Notes: generated by a model not told the origin, from the letters alone. 64,000 bases of DNA from an uncultured delta proteobacterium (GCA_963803435.1 CAWDML010000003.1:288001-352000), one strand, 5' to 3'. Shown: positions 9,489 to 20,311, counted from the first letter of the stretch. Translations and numbers: made by a program.

Positions 9489-11716
9489 TTGAAGCGAAAG
9501 TTGTACTCGTCGATCGAACTGTACTGGTTCGGCCATCGCAGGCCGTGAGCCTGCTCGTAAGCGGCGTGGCGAGTCCAGTACGGATCGAACAGGTGGGCCC
9601 GCGCCAGCACGCAGAGATCGGCGCGCCCGGCCGCCAGAATGCTGTTGACGTCGGCGTAGGAGGTGATGTTGCCGACGGTCATCGTCGGGATCCCCGCCTC
9701 GAGACGGATGCGCTCTGCGAAGGGCGTCTGGAAGAGCCGGCCGTAGACGGGTCGCTGGTCGGGGACCGTTTGTCCCGCCGACACGTCGACGATGTCGCAA
9801 CCCGCGCGCGCGAACGCCCGGGCCAGCTCCACCGCGTCCTCGGCGGAGAGCCCGCCCGGGGCCCAATCGGTCGCCGAGATGCGGACGGACATCGGACGGT
9901 CCGGCGGGCCACACCGCACGCATGGCGTCGAACACCTCGAGCGGGAATCGCGGCGCGGTTCTCGAGCGGGCCGCCGTAGTCGTCGTTCCGCTGGTTCGTG
10001 AGCGGCGAGATGAAGCTGGCCAGGAGGTAGCCGTGGGCGGCGTGAAGCTCGAGGAGATCGAAGCCGGCCTCGATCGCCTGCTCTGTCGCGCGCACGAACT
10101 CGGCCTTCACACGGGCGATGTCGGCGCGGGTCATCTCGCGGGGGATCTGGCTGCTCGGGGAGGTAGGGGATCGGGGAGGCCGAGATCAGCGGCCAGTTCC
10201 CGTCGGCGAGGGGCCGGTCCGGCGCTTCCCATAGCCGCTGGGTCGAGCCCTTTCGTCCGGCGTGCCCGAGCTGAATCCCGATCTTGGCCGGGCTGTTCGC
10301 GTGGACGAAGTCCACCACGCGACGCCACGCCTCGGTGTGCTCGGGCAGGTACATGCCGGCGCATCCGGGCGAGATGCGACCCTCGCGGCTCACGTCGGTC
10401 ATCTCGGCCATGACCAGCCCGGCGCCGCCGATCGCGCGGCTCCCCAGGTGCACCAGGTGCCAGTCGCCGATCGTCCCGTCCTCGGCCGAGTACTGGCACA
10501 TCGGTGAGACGACGACCGGTTCTCGAGCCGCATCTCGCGCAGCTGGAACGGCGTGAACATCGGCGGGGCGGCTGCCGGCGCCCTGTTGCGAACTCGCCGT
10601 CGACGCGGCTCGACCAGCGCCGGATCGCGGACTCGCAGGTTGTCGTGGGTGACCCGCAGGGAGCGGGTGAGGAGGCTGAAGGTGAACTGCAGCGGGCTGA
10701 GGGCCAGGTAGCGCTCGGTGTTCTCGAACCACTCCAGGCTGACCTGAGCGGCGCGCTGGAGGCTGTCGACGGACGGGGCGCCGGTCGGCCTCGTAGCGCC
10801 GCAGCGCGACCTGCACATCCTGATCGTCTCTCGAGCGCTCGACCGAGCGCGATCGCGTCCTCCATGGCGAGCTTGGTTCCGGAGCCGATGGAGAAGTGCG
10901 CGGTGTGGACCGCGTCTCCGACCAGCACCAGGTTCCGATGGTGCCAGCGCGCAGTCTTGACCGTGGGGAAGCGGCGCCAGATGCGATCGGTTCTTCAGGA
11001 GGCGGTGGCCGGCGAGCTCGTTTCTCGAAGAGCCGCTCGCAGTAGGCGATGGTCGCGTCCTCGTCCTCGGCCGCCAGCCCGGAGCGCGCGAAGGTCTCGG
11101 CCGTGCATTCGACGATGAACGTCGACATCCCCTCCTCGTAGCGGTACGCGTGCACGCGCCAGAGCCCGGCGTCGTCCTCCTCGAAGTAGAAGGTGAAGGC
11201 CTCGAACGGGAACGTGGTGCCGAGCCAGACGAAGCGGTTGGGCCGCAGGTCGACGGTCGGCCCCAGCTCGGCCGTGAAGGCGTCGCGGATGGCGGAGTTG
11301 GCGCCGTCGGCGCCGAGGACCAGGTCGTGCTCGCGCATGAGCGCTCGGAAGTCGCGGACCTCCGTCTCGAAGCGGAGGTCGACGCCAACCTCTGCTGCGC
11401 GGGCGGACAGAATCTGGAGTAGCCGCATCCGCGACATGCCCGAGAAGCCGTGCCCCGTGGAGCGCACAATCTCGCCCTTGAAGTGCGTGTCGATGTCATC
11501 CCAGTGGGCGAGGCTCTTCCGGATGTCCCGGTCGCTCTCCGGATCTGCGGCTTCGAGGTTCTCCATGGTGGCGTCGGAGAACACGACGCCGAATCCGAAG
11601 GTGTCGTTCATCCGGTTGCGCTCGAAGACGACGACGGCGTCGCGCGGGTGACGCTTCTTCCAGAGGAGGGCGAAGTAGAGACCGGCGGGCCCACCACCCA
11701 CGACCGCGATCTTCAC
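9485..11716 (-). CDS. Bifunctional salicylyl-CoA 5-hydroxylase / 2-aminobenzoyl-CoA monooxygenase-reductase (AbmA-like), with multiple frameshifts
   Basis: GGGPAG...[13 protein letters not shown] monooxygenase N-terminus; [23 protein letters not shown]; Old Yellow Enzyme C-domain ([28 protein letters not shown]). Coding switches among three frames between about 9900 and 11030. Confidence 0.88.
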   Translation of the reverse strand: MKIAVVGGGPAGLYFALLWKKRHPRDAVVVFERNRMNDTFGFGVVFSDATMENLEAADPESDRDIRKSLAHWDDIDTHFKGEIVRSTGHGFSGMSRMRLLQILSARAAEVGVDLRFETEVRDFRALMREHDLVLGADGANSAIRDAFTAELGPTVDLRPNRFVWLGTTFPFEAFTFYFEEDDAGLWRVHAYRYEEGMSTFIVECTAETFARSGLAAEDEDATIAYCERLFEKRARRPPPPEEPIASGAASPRSRLRAGTIGTWCWSETRSTPRTSPSAPEPSSPWRTRSRSVERSRDDQDVQVALRRYEADRRPVRRQPPARRSGQPGVVREHRALPGPQPAAVHLQPPHPLPAGHPRQPASPRSGAGRAASTASSQQGAGSRPADVHAVPAARDAAREPVVVSPMCQYSAEDGTIGDWHLVHLGSRAIGGAGLVMAEMTDVSREGRISPGCAGMYLPEHTEAWRRVVDFVHANSPAKIGIQLGHAGRKGSTQRLWEAPDRPLADGNWPLISASPIPYLPEQPDPPRDDPRRHRPCEGRVRARDRAGDRGRLRSPRASRRPRLPPGQLHLAAHEPAERRLRRPAREPRRDSRSRCSTPCVRCGPPDRPMSVRISATDWAPGGLSAEDAVELARAFARAGCDIVDVSAGQTVPDQRPVYGRLFQTPFAERIRLEAGIPTMTVGNITSYADVNSILAAGRADLCVLARAHLFDPYWTRHAAYEQAHGLRWPNQYSSIDEYNFRFK

Positions 11717-11767
11717 GGAGCAGGCTTAGCACCAATCAGCGAGCCATGCGACTGCAGGCGACTCCTG

Positions 11768-12184
11768 CTACGAGCTCAGGCCGTATCGCTCCGCCGGCTT
11801 CTTCGTCTCCTCGCGCCAGCCGCGGAGGCGGTACTGGATCTTCCGGACGCTCATCCCCAGCATCTTCGCCGCGCGGCTGGTGCTTCCTCCGACCGCCTTC
11901 AGCGTCTCCAGGATCGCGTAGCGCTCGAGGTCCTGGATGGTCGAGCCGGGGATCCGGATCCCGGTCTTCGGCATGGCGATGATCCGGCTGCCCAGCGACT
12001 CGGCCGCCGTCACTAGCGGCTCGCGGTCCGCCCCGACCAGCGCGGGATCGACGATGATGAGGTCGGGGGACCAGGTCGCGACGAGCTCGAGGGCCTCGTC
12101 GCCGTTGGCGGCGCGGCGAACCTCGGCCTGATCGGCGCCGGCGGCGACCCACTCTTCGAAGGGGCCAACGATTAGAATTCTCAT
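11768..12184 (-). CDS. Degenerate receiver-like domain fused directly to a Fis-type HTH
   Basis: MRILIVG...NGDEALELVATWSPDLIIVD (REC-like) followed by TIQDLERYAILETLKAVGGSTSRAAKMLGMSVRKIQYRL (HTH_8-like); no AAA+ domain. Confidence 0.72.
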   Translation of the reverse strand: MRILIVGPFEEWVAAGADQAEVRRAANGDEALELVATWSPDLIIVDPALVGADREPLVTAAESLGSRIIAMPKTGIRIPGSTIQDLERYAILETLKAVGGSTSRAAKMLGMSVRKIQYRLRGWREETKKPAERYGLSS

Positions 12185-12204
12185 GCCGGGACAACACGTC
12201 GAGG

Positions 12205-12230
12205 GACGCCGTCCTTCCTGCCCCGGTTCC
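12205..12230 (-). promoter_or_regulatory. Candidate ECF promoter GGAACC-N16-CGTC
   Basis: Minus strand GGAACC (12230-12225), 16-nt spacer, CGTC (12208-12205), 20 nt upstream of ATG 12184. Confidence 0.55.
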
Positions 12231-12281
12231 GTGCCGGCGGTCTCCAAACCCCGAGAAGCCAGGTTATGCTGATCCAGATAG

Positions 12282-13398
12282 ATGCGGTGGCTCCCGTTTC
12301 TCGTGTTCTTCTCGGTGGTCCTCGGCATCGATGTTTCGGCTCACTGGTACATCTACCAGCGACTCTGCGCGGATCCGGGGTGGCCGCCCGAGGTGCGTAC
12401 GGTCGGCGCTTTGGTGCTCGGGGTGCTCGCGCTGCTGCTCCCTGCGGGGCTGCTCGCGTCTCGCACGCTCCCGCGGCGGCTGGCGCGGCCCCTCGCCTAC
12501 CTCGTGTACGTGTGGATGGGATCGGCGTTCTACTTCGTGGTGATCCTCTTCTCCCTCGACGTAGCGCGGCTCCTCCTCTCGTGGATGGTGGACGGCTGGG
12601 ATCACCTGGCCGCGGCCCGCACCGGGGCGCTGGTCGCGTCCGCCGGGACGACCGCGCTCACGATCTCGGCGCTCACCTCGGCGCTCTCGGAGATCGAGGT
12701 CCGGGAGGTCGAGGTCGGCCTCGAGCGGCTCCCGCGGGCGCTCGAGGGCATGACCCTCGTCCAGCTCTCCGATGTGCACGTGGGCCCGACGATCGGTGCG
12801 CGTTTCGTCCGCTCGATCGTGGACAAGACGAACGCGCTGGCGCCCGACGCCATCGTGATCACGGGGGATCTGGTGGACGGATCGCTCCGTGAGCTGCGTG
12901 AGCACGTGCAGCCGATCGCAGGGCTGGCGGCCCGCTTCGGCGTCTACTTCGTCACCGGCAACCACGACTTCTACTCCGGGGCGCAGCCATGGATCGAGGA
13001 GCTGAGGCGGCTCGGGATCCGCGTGTTGATGAACGAGCGGGTGGCGCTCGGCGATCAGGCCTCGATCGATCTGGCCGGCGTGCACGACATCTCCTCCGGC
13101 ATCAGCGACGTCGAGCGTGCCTGCGCCGGACGCGATCCCGAGCGGGAGCTGGTACTGCTCGCGCATCAGCCCCGGTCGATCATCGAGGCGGCGCCCCATC
13201 GGCCCGGGCTGGTGCTCTCGGGTCACACGCACGGCGGACAGCTGTGGCCGTTCGGAAAGCTGGTCGGGCTGCAGCAGCCGTATGTCGCCGGGCTCCACCA
13301 GCACGACGAGCACAGTCAGATCTACGTCAGCCGCGGCACCGGATACTGGGGACCGCCGATGCGGTTGGGCGCCCCCGCGGAGATCACGCGGCTGGTGC

Positions 13399-13412
<14 letters not shown>
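12282..13412 (+). CDS. Membrane-anchored metallophosphoesterase (YkuE/YaeI-like)
   Basis: N-terminal TM helices; SDVHVG, TGDLVD, GNHD, LLAHQP and SGHTHGGQ motifs. Confidence 0.92.
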
Positions 13413-14853
<1,441 letters not shown>

Positions 14854-14874
14854 GGCGTGGGGACTACCACGGTC

Positions 14875-15909
14875 TCAACGTGGGACGTAGCCCCTGCCTT
14901 CGGGGAGGACCAGGAACTCGCCGTCCCGAAGGCCGGCCTCGACGACCGCCTTCGAGAGCTCCTGGACCGGCTCGGTGAAGCCGTCGTCGGCCTGTGCGAA
15001 CGTTCCGAAGTGGATGGCGATGCTCGTCCGGGCGTGGAGCTCGCGGTGGGCCTTCACGGCCTGCGCCGGGTCCATGTGGATGGGGTGCATGAACCACCGC
15101 GGTCGATAAGCGCCGATAGGGAGGAGGGCCAGCCGGAGGGGGCCGAGGCGCCGCCCGATCGCCGCGAAGTGTGGGCCGTAGCCCGTGTCGCCCGCGAAGA
15201 GCACGCGCCCGGAGGGGCCGCTCAGCACGAAGCCGGTCCAGAGCATGGTGTTGCGGTCGAACAGCCCGCGCCCGGAGAAGTGCTGCATCGGCACGGCGGT
15301 GAGCCGGACGCCGGGCGCGACGGAGGCCGCGCTCCACCAGTCGAAGTCGCGGGCGTGGTCGATGCCGTTCGCGCGGAGGAAGTTCGCCGTGCCGAGGCCT
15401 GCGGCGATCTTGGCGTGGAAGCGCTCGGCCAGCCGGTGCAGCGTCGAGAGGTCGCAGTGATCGTAGTGGTTGTGGCTGATCAGGATCAGATCGATCGGCG
15501 GTAGATCCTCGAACCGGACCCCGGGTGGTCGGACGCGCTCGACTCCGGGCAGCCCGGCCGGACCGACGCTCTCGGACCAGACCGGATCCGTGAGCACGTT
15601 GAGGCCGTCCATCTGGATCAGCACGGTGGCGTGGTTGATGAAAGTGACACGGAGCCGGCCCCGCCCCACGCGCTCGGGGGGCTTGGGGCCCGGCTGGACG
15701 TCGAGGTGGTCCGGCCACTCACCGCGCTCGCGGGTGAAGAGCCACTTCACCAGCGAGAAGAAGCCGCGCGAATCGTCGGGGGTCAGGCGGGGGTTGAAGA
15801 ACGCCTCGCCGTCGAAGTGATCCGTGCGCGGGCCGCGATACGGGCGCGTCGAGTACAGCGAGCAGCCGCCGAGGACCACCAGGGCGAGCGCGAGCGAAGC
15901 CTGCGTCAC
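14875..15909 (-). CDS. MBL-fold metallo-hydrolase lipoprotein (NAPE-PLD/RomA-like)
   Basis: GTGA overlap; LGGC lipobox; HATVLI, TDPVWS, ISHNHYDHCD, FAGDTGY, LPIGAY and IHFGTF motifs. Confidence 0.88.
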   Translation of the reverse strand: MTQASLALALVVLGGCSLYSTRPYRGPRTDHFDGEAFFNPRLTPDDSRGFFSLVKWLFTRERGEWPDHLDVQPGPKPPERVGRGRLRVTFINHATVLIQMDGLNVLTDPVWSESVGPAGLPGVERVRPPGVRFEDLPPIDLILISHNHYDHCDLSTLHRLAERFHAKIAAGLGTANFLRANGIDHARDFDWWSAASVAPGVRLTAVPMQHFSGRGLFDRNTMLWTGFVLSGPSGRVLFAGDTGYGPHFAAIGRRLGPLRLALLPIGAYRPRWFMHPIHMDPAQAVKAHRELHARTSIAIHFGTFAQADDGFTEPVQELSKAVVEAGLRDGEFLVLPEGRGYVPR

Positions 15910-18032
15910 GGGGAGGTCTGGGCGATCGGGAGGCGGATCGTGAAGGTGGTGCCGCGGCCGACCTCGCTCTCTACCGCGATGTCGCCGTTGTGGTCGTTGA
16001 TGATGCGATAGCAGATCGAGAGCCCGAGCCCCGTTCCCACGCCGACGCCCTTGGTGGTGAAACCGGGATCGAAAATCCGCGGCAGGACCTCGGACGGGAT
16101 GCCGCTGCCGTTGTCGGAGATGCGGACCACCGCGTGAGTGTCCTCGGCCCGGGTCTGGACCGTGATCTTGCCCTGGGCCTCGATCGCGTGGGTCGCGTTG
16201 ACGAGCAGGTTGAGGAAGACCTGGTTGAGCTGGCCGGGGTAGCACGAGATCTTGGGGAGCACCCCGAAGTCCTTCTCCAGCTCGATCCCCTTCTTGAGCT
16301 CGTGCTGCAGGAGCACCAGCGTGTCCTCGATGCCGGCGTGGATGTCCGTGAGCTGGAGGTCGGCCTCGTCGAGGCGCGCGAAGGTCTTCAGCCGCTTGAC
16401 GATGCCGGTGACGCGCATGCTGCCCGACTCGATCACGCGCAAGCCATCCTGCAGCACCGCCATCGAGCGCTTGACGGCGGGTTCGTGGAGGATCTCGGGG
16501 TGGTTCTTCTCCAGGTCGCCGCGCATGCGCTCAACGGCCTTGGCCAGCGAGTCCCGCATGCTGTGGATCGCGCCGACGGGCGTGTTGATCTCGTGGGCGA
16601 CGCCGGCGACCAGCTGTCCCAGCGAGGCCATCTTCTCGGACTGCACCAGCTTGGCCTGGGCGTGCTTGAGGTCCTCGTGCGCCGCCTGCAACTCCGCGAG
16701 CACCGCCTCGCGCTTCTTGCCGGCCTCCAGCTCGATCTCCTTGCGCACGTTCTCGGCCTCGAGGCGCTCGCGCTCGAGCAGCTCCTCCTTCGAGCGCCGC
16801 TCCTGGACGAGCGTGAGCGTGGACAGCTCTCTGACCTGATTGAGCTGGTCCCGCAGGCGCTGGTTCATGCGGGCGATGCGGCGCGCCAGGTAGATCGACA
16901 TGGAGAGGAGCAACGCCAGGAAGCCGTACAGGTAGACGGCGTTCGGGCGCCGGCCGCCTTCTTCCTTGAGGATCAGCGGGAGCATCTGGGCGAGACCGGC
17001 CGCGATCGAGAGCGCGCCCCCCACCACGATGATCCAGGCGTCCTCCTTCTTGTCGAGCATCGCCTTGAACAGCACCCGAGCGGGCTCGAGGAACGTCAGC
17101 GAAGCGAAGATGTAGACGACGCGGAAGGAGAGCCAGTAGGAACCCACCGCCATCAGCGCGCCCAGACCCGCCACCAGCCAGAAGTAACGCGGGAGGCGCC
17201 GCATGAAGACCTGGTAGTAGAAGGAGAGCGAGAACACGACCGTGCAGATCAGCGAGATCTTGAACAGCGTGGTCATCATTCGCGCCTTCTCCATCTCTTC
17301 CACGAAGGACCACTGGCGGGAGAAGGTGGCGATGCCTGTGACGCTCAGGGTGGCCAGCGCGAAGTACAGGTTCTCGGGCCGGCGGCGGGTGAAGAGGAAG
17401 ATCAGGAGGTGGAGCGTGGCCAGCACCAGGGCTGCGCCGGTGAAGAACTCGTGGAGCCCGTGGAACTCGAGCTCGCGCCGCGAGCGAAACTCGATCGAGC
17501 GCTCGGGTTCGCCGATCTCGAGGTCGGTTCCGCGAAAGAAGCCGACCTGCTGCGCGTAGCCCAACGATTCAGTCGCGTAGCGGAGGGCGAGCAGGTGCGA
17601 GCCCGGCTCGGCGATGGAGAAGATGATCGGGACGCGCGCGTCCATGACCAGCGGCTCCGGCGGTACCGCGTGCCCGTCCTCGATCAAACCCCGGCGGTAG
17701 ATCGCGCGGCCGTCGAGGTAGATCTCGGTGGCGCCGTGGATTGAGGCCCACAGCGCCAGCGGCCGGCGGGTGAGCTCGGGGGCCACGTCGATCCGCGTGC
17801 GGAACCAGGCGGCGCCGATCCATTCGCCGGGGAAGCGGTCGTCGGGGGCGAGAAACGGCGAGACCTCCATCCAGTCCGAGTCGTCGGTGCCCGGCTCGGC
17901 CCACGCCGGGTCGTCCCCTGGATGGTAATGCCACGGGAAGTCGAGGGATACGGTCCCCTCCGGGCCCGCGATCGCCGCCTCGTCGAGGTGGAACGCCGGC
18001 AGGGCCCCCAGGACGACGAGAAGCCACTGCAT
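15906..18032 (-). CDS. Sensor histidine kinase with periplasmic sugar-binding-like domain and 7TM region
   Basis: WHYHPGDDPAWA...AWFR jelly-roll-like N-domain; multiple TM helices; SEKMASLGQLVAGVAHEINTP H-box; NQVFLNLLVNA, DNGSG, FTTK and GTGLGL motifs. Confidence 0.92.
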   Translation of the reverse strand: MQWLLVVLGALPAFHLDEAAIAGPEGTVSLDFPWHYHPGDDPAWAEPGTDDSDWMEVSPFLAPDDRFPGEWIGAAWFRTRIDVAPELTRRPLALWASIHGATEIYLDGRAIYRRGLIEDGHAVPPEPLVMDARVPIIFSIAEPGSHLLALRYATESLGYAQQVGFFRGTDLEIGEPERSIEFRSRRELEFHGLHEFFTGAALVLATLHLLIFLFTRRRPENLYFALATLSVTGIATFSRQWSFVEEMEKARMMTTLFKISLICTVVFSLSFYYQVFMRRLPRYFWLVAGLGALMAVGSYWLSFRVVYIFASLTFLEPARVLFKAMLDKKEDAWIIVVGGALSIAAGLAQMLPLILKEEGGRRPNAVYLYGFLALLLSMSIYLARRIARMNQRLRDQLNQVRELSTLTLVQERRSKEELLERERLEAENVRKEIELEAGKKREAVLAELQAAHEDLKHAQAKLVQSEKMASLGQLVAGVAHEINTPVGAIHSMRDSLAKAVERMRGDLEKNHPEILHEPAVKRSMAVLQDGLRVIESGSMRVTGIVKRLKTFARLDEADLQLTDIHAGIEDTLVLLQHELKKGIELEKDFGVLPKISCYPGQLNQVFLNLLVNATHAIEAQGKITVQTRAEDTHAVVRISDNGSGIPSEVLPRIFDPGFTTKGVGVGTGLGLSICYRIINDHNGDIAVESEVGRGTTFTIRLPIAQTSP

Positions 18033-18107
18033 CGCTCCGTTCTAGGTCGGACGTCGCCCGGTGGCAACGCGTGCGCTCTCGCGGGAGGAGCCCGTATCAT
18101 GGGGGGC

Positions 18108-19187
18108 GTGCGGACCTCGCTGCTGGCCGCGCTCGTGCTCTGCGGGTGCCTGGAGAAGATCGGGGTTGGGGATCCGGATGCCGCCGGGGCGCCGCAGGAC
18201 GCGTCAGACGTGCGTGATGGTGCGGAGGCGGACGATGCCGCGCGTCCCGGCGACGCGGGGGAGGACGCCGGTACGCCGCCCAAGGTACCGCTTCGCTTCG
18301 GGACGATGACGCTCCCGGCGGGCACGATCGCCGTCACCACGATCTGGGGTCGCTCGGCGTCGGAGCTGTACACCGGGACGACGAACGGAAACGTGCTCGC
18401 GTTCGCTCCAAGTGCGGGCTGGCAGGTGGTCTGGCACGAGCCCAGCAACTTCGGGATCCAGCGCATCCGGGGGACGGCGCAGACGATCTTCGTGGCGAGT
18501 GATCACACGCTCTACGTGCATGCGCCGGGGATCGGGCAGAACGTCCGCTCGTTTCCGGTCGGCACCGCGATCCACGACCTGCTGGTGGTCTCCGACACCG
18601 AGGCCTACCTGGTCTCGGACCAGCAGAACGGCCGCGCCGTGTTCCGCTTCGACGGCACCGCGGTGGCGGTGATGAACGATCAGCTCGACGCCGCCACGCT
18701 GCTCGGCGTGTACCGCGACGCCGGCGGCACGCTCTTCATCGCGGCGAACGGCAAGATCTTCCGCTACCAGAGCGATACCTGGACCCAGGATCCGATCGCG
18801 TGGCCGCCCGGGTTCGGAGTCGCCGACATCGCGAACTTCGATCTGTACGCGATCACCCGCGTGGGGCCCGATCTGCTGGTGGTGGGCGACGAGCACCACG
18901 TCCTCCGCTTCGAGCCGGACGCGGGCGAGTGGCGGTTCGTCTACGAGCCGATGTCGGGCGCGTACCTGGCCGCGATCGGCGCGCTCTCGGGCGGAGAGGC
19001 CTACGCGGTCGGACGTGCGGGCGCGGACGGTCCGGTGGTGCGCTACGCCGCGGGCGTCTTCAGCCATCCGACCTATCCGGAGAACCACAACTTCCTCGAT
19101 CTCTTCGTCGCGGGTCCGGACGAGATCTTCGCGGCGGGCGTCGTGGGGAGCACGCTCGAGCCGGTGATCATGCGAGGGTTCCGCTGA
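18108..19187 (+). CDS. Hypothetical lipoprotein with beta-propeller-like repeats (start GTG 18108 or ATG 18099)
   Basis: LCGC lipobox; D/A/G-rich linker; repeats such as IWGRSASELY and LFVAGPDEIFAAG. Confidence 0.72.
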   Translation: MRTSLLAALVLCGCLEKIGVGDPDAAGAPQDASDVRDGAEADDAARPGDAGEDAGTPPKVPLRFGTMTLPAGTIAVTTIWGRSASELYTGTTNGNVLAFAPSAGWQVVWHEPSNFGIQRIRGTAQTIFVASDHTLYVHAPGIGQNVRSFPVGTAIHDLLVVSDTEAYLVSDQQNGRAVFRFDGTAVAVMNDQLDAATLLGVYRDAGGTLFIAANGKIFRYQSDTWTQDPIAWPPGFGVADIANFDLYAITRVGPDLLVVGDEHHVLRFEPDAGEWRFVYEPMSGAYLAAIGALSGGEAYAVGRAGADGPVVRYAAGVFSHPTYPENHNFLDLFVAGPDEIFAAGVVGSTLEPVIMRGFR

Positions 19188-19209
19188 TGACGTTTTGGAC
19201 CACGCGGGG

Positions 19210-19278
19210 CTAGGAGCGTGTAGCGCGTAGCGCTACCGCGAGCCCGGTCCGGGTCCCGGTCCCGGTCCGGGTCCCGAT
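19210..19278 (+). repeat. Left inverted repeat with GGTCCC/GGTCCG hexamer array
   Basis: CTAGGAGCGTGTAGCGCGTAGCGCTACCGCGAGCCCGGTCCGGGTCCCGGTCCCGGTCCGGGTCCCGAT. Confidence 0.92.
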
Positions 19279-19298
19279 CTGAAGATGGCTGCCTTGAG

Positions 19299-19545
19299 TC
19301 AGACGCTCGCGACGGTCGCGAGCTTCGATCGGTAGAGCTTGAGCAGGTTGTGGGTGAGGCAGACGAGCGTCCCCTCGGCTCGTACCTTGAAGAAGGAGCG
19401 TAGCGAGAACCGGCGGAATCCTCGTGCCCCTTTGATCTGTCCGAGCGCCGGTTCGACGATACTCTTCGTGCGGGGGTAGACCGCCTTGCCGTCGGCGCGT
19501 TTGCAACTTGTCTCGCATTCGCTTGCGAGCGAGCGAGGCAGGTCG
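19299..19545 (-). pseudogene. C-terminal remnant of an IS1182-family-like DDE transposase
   Basis: KRMRDKLQT / ADGKAVYPRTKSIVEPALGQIKGARGFRRFSLR...LVCLTHNLLKLYR, matching the typical C-terminal VEPxFGxIK...GFRRF.LR...HNLLKL segment; frameshifted, N-terminus absent. The upstream boundary is approximate. Confidence 0.78.
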
Positions 19546-19668
19546 CCACGAAACCATGGGATCAAGTCCAGGCGTCGAAGTCGATCCGCCCAACGATCGA
19601 TTCCAGACGAAACGACCTCCAAGAACTTCTGCTGGTCAAAGTGGACGAGCTACCGCAAGCTAGCTTGC

Positions 19669-20037
19669 ATGGTCACTTTCGATCACGAGAAGCTCGAGGT
19701 CTACCAGCTCGCCGTCGAGTAGGCCGACATCGCTGAAGAGATCGCACAAGAACTGCAACCCGGTCACGCTCACGTCCACGATCAGCTTCGGCGGGCATCC
19801 GATTCCATCGTGAACAACACCGCCGAGGGCGCCGGAGAGCTCAATCCACCTGAGAAGGCTCGCTCCTACCGGATGGCACTTCGCTCTGGCACCGAAAGCG
19901 CCGCCTCACGCCACACCTGCTCGAGGCGCCGACTCGCCAACGAGCAGCAGGTCCAAGCCGCCAGAGCCAAGCTCAAGCGCGTTGTCGAGATGCTCACGCG
20001 CCTCATCAAGTCGATGAACGCACGCCGGGCTGCATGA
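19669..20037 (+). pseudogene. Four-helix-bundle protein (23S rRNA IVS / bAvd-like family) with an in-frame TAG at 19720-19722
   Basis: MVTFDHEKLEVYQLAVE*ADIAEE...DQLRRASDSIVNNTAEG...KARSYRMALRSGTE...VEMLTRLI, all in one 123-codon frame. Confidence 0.85.
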
Positions 20038-20042
20038 TCGCC

Positions 20043-20112
20043 ATCGGGACCGGGACCGGGACCGGGACCCGGACCGGGCTCGCGTGAGCGCTTACGCGCT
20101 ACACGCTCCTAG
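20043..20112 (-). repeat. Right inverted repeat with GGGACC hexamer array
   Basis: Plus strand reads ATCGGGACCGGGACCGGGACCGGGACCCGGACCGGGCTCGCGTGAGCGCTTACGCGCTACACGCTCCTAG. Confidence 0.92.
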
Positions 20113-20311
20113 GAGGCTTGCTCCGACAGAATGGACGACTCTTTGGTGCTTCGGGCGACCGCGGGCTCGCAGTTTCAGGTGCGAGCCGACAGCAAGATCA
20201 GGCCGCAAGCTGCTTGTGAGCTCGCACGCGCGGAAGACCGGCGATCTGCGTCTCATCCGATGCCCTGCTGGCCGTTGCTCCGGCCGCGGGGGAGGGCCAA
20301 CATGCGCCCGT

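Larger units (their letters stand above)
19210..20112. mobile_element. Non-autonomous element bounded by ~70-bp inverted repeats ending in CTAG
   Basis: Left arm 19210-19278 and right arm 20043-20112 are reverse complements with 3 mismatches and 1 indel; the element contains a transposase remnant and a four-helix-bundle gene. Confidence 0.75.

Noticed and set aside
11720-11735. Sigma54-like GG-N10-GC sites upstream of abmA and near 18062
   Set aside because: Poor match to TGGCAC-N5-TTGC. The abmA site lies only a few nt from the start codon.
19669-20037. Diversity-generating retroelement (Avd-like gene)
   Set aside because: I saw no reverse transcriptase and no TR/VR repeat pair in the window.
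19243-20078. GGGACC arrays as a CRISPR or a coding repeat (DRDPDRD / GTGTGT ORFs)
   Set aside because: They are 6-bp tandem units without spacers or cas genes. The overlapping ORFs are incidental translations of the inverted arms.
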